From: Ascidiella aspersa
Taxonomy: Eukaryota
Length of the DNA: 64,000 bases
NCBI GenBank assembly: GCA_963924565.1
Contig: OZ004607.1
Span: forward strand, 30,690,001-30,754,000
Reading direction: 5' to 3'
This document shows, in pieces, positions 13,014 to 25,688 of the stretch. How positions within the stretch are numbered: the stretch's first letter is position 1; every line of letters starts with the position of its first letter. The notes beneath the pieces are model-generated. The model was not told the origin of the DNA, did not search any database, and saw nothing but the letters and a program-made list of their open reading frames with translations. The position numbers were made by a program, and so were the translations under genes.

Positions 13014-14580
13014 ACCCGGCGTAATGGTTTGTTTTTTGGATTTGCTTTGCGATTTATAACTTGAAATGGAAAGAGCTGAGCGATTAAAAAAGGAAATTTA
13101 TTTCTTGTGGTTCAAAAGACTTCATTTGTATTCAAATGGCAATGACAGCAATTTGGACTGTGACATCATTAACCATCTGATAACTTCTGGAACTCAACTT
13201 GTTATTTTTGGTAAAAACGACTCCATTAGGACTTGGTTAATTGGAAATGACTTCAAATTGACTTATTTGTTTTCAAAATTGACTTATTTACACTCTGGAT
13301 TTCATTAAATAGGCTAATTAAGTTTTATGTTAAAATTAGTTAAGTTTTGTGATAAATTATCTTTGTCAATAACTCATGTTCATTTTGTTGATACATCGTT
13401 TTTTTTACTTACTGTTGAATTATTTGCTGTAAGTGGTATTAGATTAGTTGTCTGTTCTATAAGGTAAATAGTTATATTAGCTTTTACCAGAAGCGAATCC
13501 AGCATTTTTGTGGTTTATTTAGTTCGAAATGCCAAAAAGTTTAGTTCTTTGAAGGCCCGTTAATTCTTTAAAAGGGATAAAAATGTCGTTTGTTGGCCAA
13601 GACATGCTAAAAATAAATTTACAGTTAAAATATGAAAAAAATAGTTTTTTTGGGGGACGTGGCCTTGCAGTCCCCGAATAAATCTGCCCTTGCCACAGAA
13701 ACCTAGAAGTTTTAGAATATTCGATAATCGAAACAACCTTTACGACAAAAACCATATCAAGCTTCGATTTGTTTATTATAAAAAGGCGATAAATGGCTGT
13801 CAAAAAATGCGAGTTTGCATAAGTAAAGCGAATCCTTCACGGATCACAACAAAAACTGCTCCTAAGAAATTTCAAAACGAAAAAAAAATACACAACGAAA
13901 GCATGCAAAGTATAGGCAGTTGCAGCACGAAAAACTTTCCGCTAAACCGAAAACATCTATAGCTACTAACGGAATAAACAACTGGTCATAAACTTGTACT
14001 TTATGATTTAACAATATAAACAAGCCTAAAATGCTGCCGGCTTCGTAATGGTTTTATCAAGTTAAGCAGCGTCCATTTCATATTGCTTCCCTCACCAATG
14101 ATGGGTGTGTGTAACGCTTTTGAAATAAAATATTAAATCCCCCGAAAGCATTTTGCGCTGTTTTTTTACTAAAAATGGATCCTAGCTGTTTTGAACCCGG
14201 ATAAAATCGGCCTCGAAATCGTCCGTCGCGCCGTCGCCACCGTGGTTGTCGACCGCTTCTCTAACCGATAGCGGCAGATCGACGGGGCCTCTTGACCGTC
14301 GGGTCCTAAACTGTATTTTCTGGGCCCCGACAGCGCTCGCAGTCGACTCAAAGTTCTCCAAAGCGACGCTCGGCTCATCCGCTTCGACGCGCCAGTCATC
14401 CACTTTGCTGTCGCGAGGGACGCCGGGAAAAAAGGCGACTCGCGTTTCGACAGTTTTGTCGTCCAGCACCTTGACCGCGAAGCCGGCCAGGACGCTATTA
14501 GGGTAGAAAAGGGGTGACCTGCGGACAACGGGCGTTTTTTTAACAAAATTTAAATATCTACACTATTTTCTGTCCACAAG

Positions 14581-14763
14581 GCGCTGGTCTAGAATCCTAC
14601 CACAACTATTCAATCAACGCACAAGATTTGGGACTTGGGTTAGGGTGCGAGTTAGCGTTTAGGTGTGGGCGGGTCAAGTATTATTATATTGATTATTTAA
14701 TAAAAGTACTTGACCCTCCCTAACCCAAATAATGTGCGTTGTGGTAGGATTCTAGACCAGCGC
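14581..14763. mobile_element. Fold-back element with two inverted copies of a telomere-like core
   Basis: Perfect 26-bp inverted repeat GCGCTGGTCTAGAATCCTACCACAAC / GTTGTGGTAGGATTCTAGACCAGCGC. Internal GGGTTAGGG..GGGTCAAGTA and TACTTGACCC..CTAACCC. Confidence 0.85.
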
Positions 14764-14877
14764 TTTAACTTCTATAACATCTACTACTTGGCGCTGTTCG
14801 ATTAGGGAAAGGGGCGACCTGCGGACAACGGGGTATATGTTAACAACATTTTGGGTCTTAGTCGATAACCCTACCTC

Positions 14878-15077
14878 AGCGTTGAAACAAGTAGTGGACA
14901 ACGCACTATACCTGGGTTGGGTTGGGGTGTAGGTTAGTGTTTGGTTGAGGGTGGGTCAAGTATTATTCGCCTATATTTATTACTAAATAATATAGCTTAA
15001 CTTACACAAACGAGTCAAACGCTAACCCGCGCCTCCACCCAAATTATGTTTGTTGTGGTGGGATTCTAAACCAGCGT
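14878..15077. mobile_element. Degenerate tandem second copy of the fold-back element
   Basis: caacgcac..gggtcaagta and caaacgctaaccc..gttgtggtgggattctaaaccagcg. The preceding flank AGGGGYGACCTGCGGACAACGGG is also repeated (~14510 and ~14810). Confidence 0.75.
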
Positions 15078-18000
15078 CGAACTTTAAACTTTTTGGAAAA
15101 AAATTACCGCAATCAGACACAATTATAAGGATCCCGATGTAGGATCTACTCAACAAAACAGGTGAAATTAGGACCCATACATGAAGTGTATCAGTCATGT
15201 TGTTGGGCCATAATAAGATTTAGCGGTATGAACCAGTCTGGCACTAATATCCTAATATTAGACATGCACTAATACTGACCAGATATTAAATATCGTAATA
15301 CAACTAATATATTGAATAGTACAAGTTCTCATTGATTTACAAACTGTAGGTTATCTTGAAAGTCTGACAGGTGCTGTCGTATTGTGTTACTCGTTGTTTC
15401 GTCGCTATTTTCTGTTTCAGCGATTTTAAAATTAAAATAGATACGAAAATCGAAATGAAAAAAATAAAATAAGTTTAACATTAGTTAACATTGTAGGCTA
15501 CCGTGTGAAGCATTGTGTGCGATTTTTGGTCATGCGCATTTCTAAAGTAATAACTTATTTTCGACTCTATTGCGTTTAGATAACACAATACCATATACTT
15601 GGTACAGTGTTGACTGTTGCAGGTCATTTGTGGGAAGCCCGTTCAACAATGCCTTGTTACAAAGCGCTTTAGGTCACAACCTCCCACACAGTGACCTAGC
15701 AACAGCGTAAGCCTTTGATGCCAATTGTAAGGAGCTGAACCTATGACTAAGTGACTGTTAACTAAATATGACGTGCAAAATATCTTGGATGGAGCCTAGA
15801 CCTAATAACAATGAAACTGAAGAGGTTCGGCCTCCGGTATTAATAATTACTCCGAAATGTTTATTTAATATAGATGTGATGTAATCATTAAATCGTTCTA
15901 TAGGTTGGTTTGCACTTATGTCTTCAATCAAACTAGATTTACAGAACTCCAAATATTTTTTTTTGGATAAGCTACACCTAGGCGACAATGTAAAAAGAAA
16001 AAGCCACTAACTCTGCGCCAAACCAGGCCTACGCAAATCGAAGAAAATAGGCGTTAGCCACCAATAAGATGATGACAAACTTCGTGCGATTACTGGGTTA
16101 TGAGTTGAAGCGGAGGTCGCGTGACTTACACATCATGCACGTCAGAGCTATAGTCCCACAATGTTCGAAATGTCATATAGTTTTGCTCTACCGGTACATT
16201 GGTAAATTTATATTGCGGTGATATGTGTGCCAGAAAACTATTTTGCTTTATTGGTTGTAAACGTCACACAACTGACCTCTGGTTGACGCGGCTTGATGTT
16301 AGCACCAGCTTATCGGGAGCGTTGTATCTGCAACAAGAAATACTTTAATGATGAAGCACGTTCTTGTATTTTTACTATGTCCAACACAAAAGATTGTTAA
16401 ACCGCGACAATGAAGGAAATATTTTAAAATGAATTTGCTAAACTGGTTGCTCAACGTATCCAAAAGTCGGTGTAGAAATTTGACTTGGTTAGAAATCTTT
16501 TTATCTTCTTTTTTGAGGCAATAGAAGAAAGTCAAAATGTTTTAAGGATTATGCTCTAAATAAGGGCCAAACTTACGACACGATTTTCGTTTAGAAATAG
16601 CTCGGTCAGTAATTTTTAATAACGACCGAGCATAGGCTACCAAACAGAAATCCCATTTGCGGCTATCGGCGACTGTAAACAAAAACATTATTCATATATT
16701 TTATGAATGAATAGCCGTTAGCGTTACGTAATCGGAGACGGTTGCTATCGTGTTTAGTTTTAATCGTGTTTAATGTTATGTAACTACCGACTACGAAAGA
16801 TAATAGCCTATCTTGACAAATAACAGACCTTGCAAATACGCCTTGCGTTATTGAAATCATGCAATTGGTGTAAACCGATTCCTTCACGTTTCCTTGCAAG
16901 TCATTGTCCCTCCAACGTAGTTGCACAGGCGCGAAGTAGCTGTTTAACAAATTAATTTAAATTAGCTGAAAGCTGGTTAACAAGTGGAACGATTCCTAGT
17001 GTTTTATAGGCCTAGCAGAGGTTCTAAACCTTGGTAGTAAATAAACCCCTGAGCATAACTTATCTAAAAAGACCTTTCAACGATAGAACAAGCTGGATTA
17101 ACTTAAATTAACTTATTTATTTAATTGAAAGGTGTTTTTAACGCTATATAAAATAAAACAGAGCAACCTATGCAGTGTACTTGAACTTTTGTAAAGGTAG
17201 AACGAAGTTGTTTGGGGGGTAGTGCATCCACTAGGAGCGTCATATATTTTGTGAAAGCTAAATAGATTAGGACCAATCTGCAAATGTTTAAATTTCCGAT
17301 AAATATATCCACAATAAGTAAGTCTACACGAACCTATATTTTCGATTAATTTTATATTACGTTGTCCGAAAGATGAACTTTATTTTTCGAACGTATTTTC
17401 GGAAACAACTTTTTAAAAATGAGTAAAGCACATTTGCGGTACTTACTTGTAACTGCTTTTCTTCCAATATTTGCCGGTCGAAGATAACCTTTGGCTTAAA
17501 CAAATAAAGTTTCGCGACCTCAACATTTTCAGCTTCAAAAAAATATGTAAAGGTAAAATTGCCTAAAGTAGCCTGCAGATACAACTCGAGAGTAAAATCT
17601 AATCGTTCTTATTTTGCAAATATTCTGACTGACTGGCCGCCTTTTATAGTTACTGGACTGGTGTAAAGCTGTGAGTCACTATTCGTGCTTGGTTGCGACA
17701 CGACTGGTTAATAAATTGATGGGTGGGTATGGGCTAAGTTTGCTGTTGCTATTTCGGCGCCGGTTTGATTAATTGTAAACCGTTATGCCGGACCAATGCT
17801 AGAGTTGAAGCTTAGCCATGCTTTATTGTAACTGTAGCAATCTTAATCCAATTATAGTTTATTCGACCGGCAAACGCGGAAACTGAAGTTATCAAAAATA
17901 ATTTTCAAATTTCGGCTTGACGTTGCAATACTAATGCGGAACTTGCAATCGTAAGTAGGAGGAACCTATAGGGAAAGTAAGGAATCCAATCAACCCGTTT

Positions 18001-18261
18001 GACGCAATTCCGTTGTTCAATCACAATGCAAGAAAATCTCGCAAAGTGAATCCACGCCCACGCGGTCGCAAGGGTTTGATAAACGTGCGCTGACTTCGTG
18101 TTGTCGAAAATAAGTCACTCAAATACTGCAAGCCGTCCGATGACACGTAATGCTGCTGACGTCAGAAAACTAGCAACGGAGGTAACGTAACGCTGTCGTT
18201 TACGTTTCGATTTGCAACGAATAACTCATGCGTTTGCCAAGCAGGCACGTGAATGTTAAAC

Positions 18262-18550
18262 CAGTGTTCTAAAGTTATTTGATATCGCGGCCCACGTTTA
18301 CGACACATTGTGCGTGGCGGCTTATTGAAATGAAAATTTAGTTATTTATTTATCTTAAGGCTCATGATACGGTGTGGCGGCTAACCGAACAACACACAGA
18401 ACAACTGCAATTCAGTTGTAAGGCCAAACCAGCAATCTCATTTCAAATTTATTAGATTAAAGTGTCAGGAAAGGTTATAGCTGCTGTTTGCCCAAACCTA
18501 AATTAAATAGTGCACAGCTCGCCCAAAAGCCCAGCAGTTGAAAATCGCTG
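18262..18550. mobile_element. Degenerate hAT-like MITE
   Basis: Ends CAGTGTTCTAAA and GTTGAAAATCGCTG. The flanks TGTTAAAC / GGCCAAAC match only partly. Confidence 0.5.
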
Positions 18551-19001
18551 GGCCAAACCAAGCAGCTCCAAGCGCTGCGAAACAACAGTTTCATTAGCTT
18601 ACGAAATGAACTACATAAACACGCCAAATCCGGGCAAAAAATATACGCATGTCGTTCATTTTACTATAAACAGGAAAGCACGGAATGTCAAACAATTAGT
18701 GTTGCGAAACAACCAGGTGAAATTCTCCTTTGCGTTTTCCGTGAGCTTCCTTCATTTCGCGGCGCAGCGCATCCCACGACCGAGTAACGAGAATTGAACC
18801 GGGCGCGGAGGTCACGTGACGCCGTCGACGTCAGCCCGACAAGCGATGACGTCACTTGTTCCTCTCCGCTTTGAAGCGCGACACTCTCTTGGGCGCGGCG
18901 GGATGCGGCTTGATGTTGTTGTCAGGGGCGGGAGGGTCTGTGTGCTCGCGAACGGTGGTCGAAAACGCTTCCGTCTGTACATAAGCGGAACAATGGTGTG
19001 T

Positions 19002-19745
19002 TAACGAGGCCTTGTCACTTTTTTATATACGCGGTGTTAGGGTTTACGGGAACTTAGAACGCCGCGGAAACGTGTGTGTCAGTGTGTATGCATGATGTAG
19101 GTGTGTGTGCTTCTGTGTATAGTGCGTATGTATGGCGTGTGGGTCTGCCTGTAAATCTGTACGTCTGTCTGTGGGCGTGTCTGTGCGTGATTCTCATTAG
19201 ACGTGGGCCTCTTAACAAGGCCTTGTAACTTTTTACATACGCAGTGTTAGGGTTTACGGGAACTTAGACCGCCGCGGAAACGTGTGTGTCAGTGTGTGTG
19301 TGTGCGTCTGTGTCTTTGCGTATGTAAGCCGTGTGCCTGTACGTACATCGGTGCGTCTGCTTATGGGTGTGTCTGTGCGTGATTCTCATCAGACGTGGGC
19401 CTCTGTTTGAATCTATGTCAGTTTACATGGGGTTATCTGTGCGTGATCCCAGCCGTTTTTGCGCGTATAGACCTGAGCCTCTGCTTAAATCTATGCGGTG
19501 TGTGGGTTTGTAGAAGTTAGTTTGTTTAATTGAGTTTGTACTAGCGTATTTACGTGCGTAAGTTTTCTTGTGCTTGATTATTTGCGTACGTCTACGTTGC
19601 TCTTCAGACGTGGGCCTTTGCTTGTACTTGCGCGTTTGTAAAAGTGTGTTTAGTACGTGCGTACTGCGTATGTTCGTCCATGTGTCTGCAGGCTTTACGT
19701 GTGTATGCACGATGCACGTGCGTATGTCGGTACGTACCACAGTGC
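19002..19745. repeat. Degenerate GT-rich tandem repeat (~210-bp unit)
   Basis: GTTAGGGTTTACGGGAACTTAGA.CGCCGCGGAAACGTGTGTGTCAGTG occurs at ~19036 and ~19246. AGACGTGGGCCT recurs at ~19199, ~19391 and ~19606. Confidence 0.85.
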
Positions 19746-20003
19746 GCGCGGGTACATTTCACAAACAACAAAATTTAAAATATCGTCTTGCAACGTAATT
19801 GTGCAATATTTTGCGATAAACTACAATCTTTAAGGGGTGCCTTGAAATAGAATTGCTGCGTGTAACCGACAAAATAAACTTCTGACCTTTTCGTGTTGTT
19901 GTTTTCCGATATCACCCGGGGTAAATTCGGTGGGGGGCGTCTGTAACCAAATAGGTATAATGGCAAGGCTTACAGCAAAGAGACATATAAAGAGTATATT
20001 ATT

Positions 20004-20011
<8 letters not shown>

Positions 20012-20037
<26 letters not shown>
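20012..20037. repeat. (AT)n microsatellite
   Basis: Direct observation. Confidence 0.9.
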
Positions 20038-20042
<5 letters not shown>

Positions 20043-20494
20043 GGCAAAAAAAATAAAAACATTAGAAAAGTTCAACGCGAGAATATGGTAATAGAAATCG
20101 TCCGATTCTAATGGGTTATCATTAGCGATCCAATACTAATTTTAGTGCGCATTTCAGACATGCTTTCGATCTAACTTAGGATTTTAACTGTAAATTATTT
20201 TTAGAAAACAATATAAGAACAATGAAATGTATCTAAGTTTCATTGCAAAGTTATGGAACTTCAGTTTCATAAAATTGCCTATTTGACCAGGGTTGTGGCT
20301 TTATTTGGTATCAGATCTAAAACTCTTACGAAGAACGCCCTATTATGGCCAGGTATGTGTTGCTTTTAATAACAGCTAGTAAAGTTTTATTTAAAAAGGT
20401 AATGCTTTACAGCGTGTTGACATATAAATTTTCGTCCATTCTAAAACTAATATAAACGATAAATTTCTATACAAAGTCAAGCAGAGAAATCAAA

Positions 20495-23474
20495 TTATAC
20501 TTCTGGTGAAGCTTCAGAGTGTTTGAATCGAATTGAAATTGTTGAATCAGTGGTCTGGGCTTCTGATTTCAAATCAAATCGAACTTGCTTGCGGACAGTT
20601 GTTTCACTAATAAACAAACATCAATTGCATTTAGAAAATGACTAAGCAACGACAAAAAAGGACTTTAAGAGAAAATTCAACTTAACCAAATATAGGCTTA
20701 TAGAAAACCAAAAAAATCGTAACTTGTTGTAGGTTTGACTATCAAATTAAATTTTAGAAATAGACAAGCACCTTTTGACTGATGATGTTTTCTCTTTTTG
20801 TTGCTCACCATCTAGAAATTTGATGTCATTCAGTCTCTTCATTAGCTCTTGCTCCCTTTCAATGGTTGAGTTTTCTACCACCGTCTAAGAATAAATCAAA
20901 TATCAATTCATAGGTTTTGCTATGACTAACTAATAAGATTACAAAACATGGTAGACTGAATGTTTAAATGACAAATGCAATTAAACACAAGATTTTATAC
21001 AGCATCAAAATTTTCGGGCCACAGACAGGCACAAAGACTATTTGCAGTCTTCAGGGGCTTAACTTAAAGCTAACGAATATAAACTACTTAGAGATGGTTT
21101 TATATCTCTAGCTGACATATGACAGGTCCTGTCTTCAATCAGCTAATTGCCAAAGCAATAAAATGGTCAAAAGGCAATGTTATATATAACGAATTCAAGA
21201 TTTTTTTGTTTAACTTTCTTACCTCTGAATGCCTTTCAGGGACTTGTGTTTTGGTTGGCTTAACTTTAGGCCTAGTAGAAGCATCCTTCACCCGACTAAT
21301 TCTCTTTCTTCGGCTGGGGTGCAGGTAGTCATTTGGTATGGGCTACATTAAAATTGCAAAATAAAATGAAAAAACATGACAAACAAATGTGACCAATTTT
21401 ATAATTTTTTTTTTCAATTTTCCACTTAACTGGGCTGTCACAGCTAGAAAATATCAAAGCTTAGGAATTGCATATTTTTAAAATAAATATAGTGAAAATT
21501 TAATACACAACAGTGACTTAAGGTGAGAATCTCAGTGAAAACATTTTTACTGTAGCATTTAACATGCAATATTCTTGATTTTGCCTAATTTGACATCACT
21601 ATGCAGTTGTGCACGTGACTGTTGTCCACTGAAGCGTGACCACGTGCTGAACTGTGTGTTTTCAGCGTTTCGCAATGGATTCTATTTAATATGTCTTACT
21701 GATTGGCGGCCTGAAGCACCGTTTTGTCATATCATGTGTTTCTGAGATTTGTGAATATACTCGACAGGCAATTATCTACCAAGTGGAAAGACTTTGTCTA
21801 GAGTTGAAGTTAAGGACAGGTATTTTAGCGGTCTGTCCCTTTGGAGTCAAATACAAGGACCTGTAAGCGACTTAGGTTGCCGTCAGCTCTCGTCTTAGGA
21901 GCCAGTGCCTTCTCACCGTAAATACACAACTCTACATTCGCTAACTTACATACTTTTATAAAGCAGATATTTTTTTTAAATAACACATTTTAATTTGTGT
22001 ATTTTTTTGTGCAAACATAAGAAAATTGTGAAGAAATAACGACTACTCATTCTAGGTTTTTTTACCCACATTATTTTTTCTCAGTAAGTGTTTAAGTAAA
22101 ATATACAACACAAACACAAAAAAGTAGTTCCTTACTTCCTTAATGTCCACTGTGTCCTCCCCTTCAACTTTTTGACTCGACAAAACTTCTTTTGAAAATT
22201 CCGTTTTCTTATCAAAGTTTTTCAAGGTTTTGTCTAAATCAGCTAAACTTTTGTCAACAGCTTCCATACGGTGAGCAATAATCTTTTGACCCTTGGAATA
22301 TGGTTATTGTCAACTTTTAAACACAAGTAATTTTTGGATTAATAATTTTAGTTATTACTGGCATTTTAATATATAAAAAAATACAGAAAATTTGGATTAA
22401 TCGAAAAACCTACTTGTTTGCATGTCATTTCTGAAAACCATGAATCCCCAAGATGAACAAGGAGCTCATTTGTGTGAACCAACTTTCCAGGAATGAATGC
22501 CAGAGGACTGAACGGCACCTAACAATATATATAATATTTTCACAATTTTTCTGCTAAAACAAAATTAAAATATATATATACCTAGTTTTAAAACAGCAAT
22601 ACAAACCGTAAATAAAATATGATACTGGGGTTTGAGAACAATTACCGCTACTCTAATAGAGCTTTTATTTTTTAGATGCAGCTTCTTTATTTATTTATAA
22701 ACGAAAATGTTACCATGACATCATATGACATCTTATCAGGAAGTGTCTCCAATCTCTTGTCAAGCTGGGAGTAATCTTCTTTGATTCTTTTCCTGTTGCA
22801 AATAAATATGATTATATAATATATTTACTATTTATTAATTTTATAAATTTATTTAAGGCTCTTGATATTTTTTCAAGTGAACCTACATGCATTTTCCTAT
22901 ATGTCTGTGGTGCACTAATGCATAAATAGTGCACCCATTATGGATATGAAAATTACATTTCAGTTTCGCTTAAGTATCTCAGTATTCAAAGCATGCAGTT
23001 TGTAAACTTCATGTACATATTATAGGAAATTCAAAGCGGCTTTTTAATCTAAATAAGGACCAAAATTGTTATGGCGTTAATCACAAAGCAGATTGCCCAC
23101 TAGCCTATATTCATTGTTAATTTTCAAAAATTGCAACAAACGAAAGAGTGCAAGATTTTCACTGGGTAACACTAATTACGGAATGATGAATGGTCGGAAC
23201 GCTCACAGTATTATTACTAAATATAATAACACTTGACCCACCTTCACCCAAAGCTAACCCCCACCTTAACCCAAATATTGTGCGTTGGTTTAATAATTGT
23301 TTTAACGGGGTAACACTTAAATTAGTGAGCATTCCGACCATTTATCAATCCGTAAATTAGTATTACCCATTTTCACTTGGCTTCCTACCAATGATTAATG
23401 TGTTGATGTACTTCTTTTATTGCTTGGCTGTGCGCTTGCTTAAGCCTCTCAGTTCCTGAAGCCGATTGATGCAT
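20495..23474 (-). CDS. URI1: Unconventional prefoldin RPB5 interactor; exons 23474-23389, 22792-22714, 22518-22414, 22291-22136, 21342-21223, 20884-20772, 20606-20495 (3' end uncertain)
   Basis: The spliced translation gives the prefoldin-alpha domain WKRIKEDYSQLDKRLETLPDKMSYDVMVPFSPLAFIPGKLVHTNELLVHLGDSWFSEMTCKQGQKIIAHR, diagnostic of URI1. All introns are GT-AG with consistent phases. Confidence 0.92.
23164..23368. mobile_element. Inverted-repeat element with a 9-bp TSD in URI1 intron 1
   Basis: ~43-bp arms GGGTAACACTAATTACGG..GCTCAC / GTGAGC..CCGTAAATTAGTATTACCC. ATTTTCACT is duplicated at 23155-23163 and 23369-23377. It contains the ACTTGACC..TAACCCAAAT core. Confidence 0.85.
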
Positions 23475-23639
23475 CTTTATGTTCTTCCAATCAAATTAAT
23501 TTCTACTGCTACACAGAGTCAACGCAGTTCTAGAAGGCCCACTTGTTCCCGAGTTCGTGTTTTAATCAACACTTGTTATTTTGGTCAACAGCTTTTCATT
23601 AAAACTAAAAAAAAAAGCGTGAATAGAAAAAAGTACCAT

Positions 23640-23649
23640 GGGAAATCCC
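23640..23649. promoter_or_regulatory. Consensus NF-kB site GGGAAATCCC upstream of URI1
   Basis: Exact match to GGGRNWYYCC; function is not shown. Confidence 0.3.
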
Positions 23650-24185
23650 CTAATATGTTGGATATTTTTTATTTAAAAGTTGTTTAGCCTTTGGTTATGG
23701 TTTATCGAGGCAAGAGTTTTTTATGCTGTCGACGTATTTTTTCAGACGATGTTTGGCTTTAGTTAAAATTAGGCGTTTTTCCGAAAATGGGTACGCGAAA
23801 AGTCATTCAGACAGCATAAAATGATTAAATAACAACATGTAACAAATAAACACCATGCAATTCGTTGTTTTTCTCATTGCATATCAGCTACCTATGAGTT
23901 TTAATGCACAAGTGATGACGAGTAATGAACAAACACGGGTTGTATATTAGGTCAGTCGACACGGTGTTCGACGGGGTTTACGTGATATTCGCGTCAATAT
24001 TGTGTCAACTGCGCCCTAATATAAGACCCAGAACAGCCATTTCAAAAACTTCGTTTTAAGTTTGAGTTAGTTTTTCTCGCGGAAGGTCTGCTTGACAGTT
24101 CTGCGTGAAATTCGGAGTGAATTAGAAAGCTTGTACATAAAGATTTAGTAATAAAGTACAGAATTCGTGCGAAATTTGTGAAGAG

Positions 24186-24470
24186 ATGCGTCAAGACTGC
24201 GATTCGCTTTACAGGCAGTTCCATTGCCTAGCGCTTTCGGCTTCAATTCACACCCGACACGCTGCAATCACGATACGGGCAAGACAACTGGAAGAAGACA
24301 TGGCCAGTCTAGAGAACCGGATAGATTCGGCCGGGGACCGAATTGCAAGGATACGCTTGGAAGTGGAAAGTGTGACTGCGGCGATCGAACAACTCGAAAG
24401 GGATGTTATTCGTCAACGTGAGCTGTGGCGCCGTAGAGATCAGCAAAGATCGGAGATTGAAGATGTGTAA
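24186..24470 (+). CDS. Hypothetical single-exon 94-aa coiled-coil protein
   Basis: ATG-to-stop ORF with E/R/I/L heptad pattern (RQLEEDMASLENRIDSAGDRIARIRLEVESVTAAIEQLERDV). AATAAA follows at ~24804 and 24841. Confidence 0.5.
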   Translation: MRQDCDSLYRQFHCLALSASIHTRHAAITIRARQLEEDMASLENRIDSAGDRIARIRLEVESVTAAIEQLERDVIRQRELWRRRDQQRSEIEDV

Positions 24471-25688
24471 ATCATTCGCAATGCTTGCTTAAAAGAAATG
24501 CGTATAGCCTACGTTTATCTGCTTGACCATGCTGATCAGTCGCTGAAGTTATGAGCAGTTAAGAAAACGGCCCTTGTGAGTTTTCTTGAGTTACGGTCAA
24601 CGCATAACTTAAAAATCCTAATATAAATTCGTCAAAACGTGAGGGTAGTCGTAAACTAAACTATACAAAATGGTCCCATGCCTTTATTGTTTACCGCCAC
24701 AGGCAAAATTGCCGGCATTCTATTAATCATATAAACTGCCTAATATTTTTTTACATCCAAATGAAAAACGTAGTTTTTTTAAGTTGTATTTTATTGTTCG
24801 TACAATAAACGTAAAGTGAACGACAAATGCAATCATGACTAATAAAATAGCACCCGAAAAAGAAATACATTTTAAGTGAAAAGCATGAAATATTTAAGAG
24901 TTTTCTTTCGTAAAACAATAAAGGTTCTTTAAATTCGATGGTGTCACGTGTCGTATATATGGTAGAAAACCATAAGAAACTAAAGCTATCACAAGGCTAA
25001 GAACTATTAAATATGAGAAGGGGAAAATTTATTTAGTATTAGCCAAGAGTAAAACGGGGTTCGTTACTGTCGTTTAAAACGGAAATACGGCGAAGATAAA
25101 GACAGTCCAAAAGTATAACAAAAACTACAGCCCACTAGACAAATACGTTTCCAGCGTGTCTCAGCGAAATTGGTGAAAAAAGAGATGATTGAAAAATATT
25201 GATAAGAAAGAGAAAGTAGCACGAACGTCATACGAAGAAAAAGAAAAATGTCGTTACGCGTACTTAGCAAAGCAAAGGACTAACGGTAGCGAAATAAAAT
25301 AGAGTAGCCTAGCTACAAAGCGCCGCCAGACGTGCCAAAGCCAATGGGCGGTTTTGTAATGCAATGAAAAGCAAACATAAAGCGAAAAGGAACTAATAGA
25401 GATGGTGCGAAATCCCACCCAGAACACGCAGCTGGGAAAGGTTTATAGATGCTCGAACAGCACTAAATCAGAAAAGAAATAATCGGGCGAGGATCGATCC
25501 GGCGACCCCGCGACTTCACTCCAATGAAAGCTCGTATTGTGCTTCTCGCCGACCAAGACCAGATCGTCTTATGTTTACCAAACTCGCAACGCAAGCGATG
25601 AATTTGTCCTCGTATCCGCCCTATAGATACCACGGGGATTGAAACACAACCAAACAGGGAGCATTGTTCCGAAAGCTTCAATTCCAGC

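Noticed and set aside
18798-19024. 7SL/SRP-like start (ACCGGGCGCGGAGGTCACG) and a T-run terminator
   Set aside because: Too short, and the conserved helix-8 AGCAG motif is absent.
19030-19060. TAAACCCTAAC on the minus strand as a telomerase RNA template
   Set aside because: It is part of a tandem repeat unit, and no pseudoknot or H/ACA domain is evident.
21679-21695. ATTCTATTTAATA resembling an ascidian spliced leader
   Set aside because: Imperfect match, with no donor plus Sm site following.
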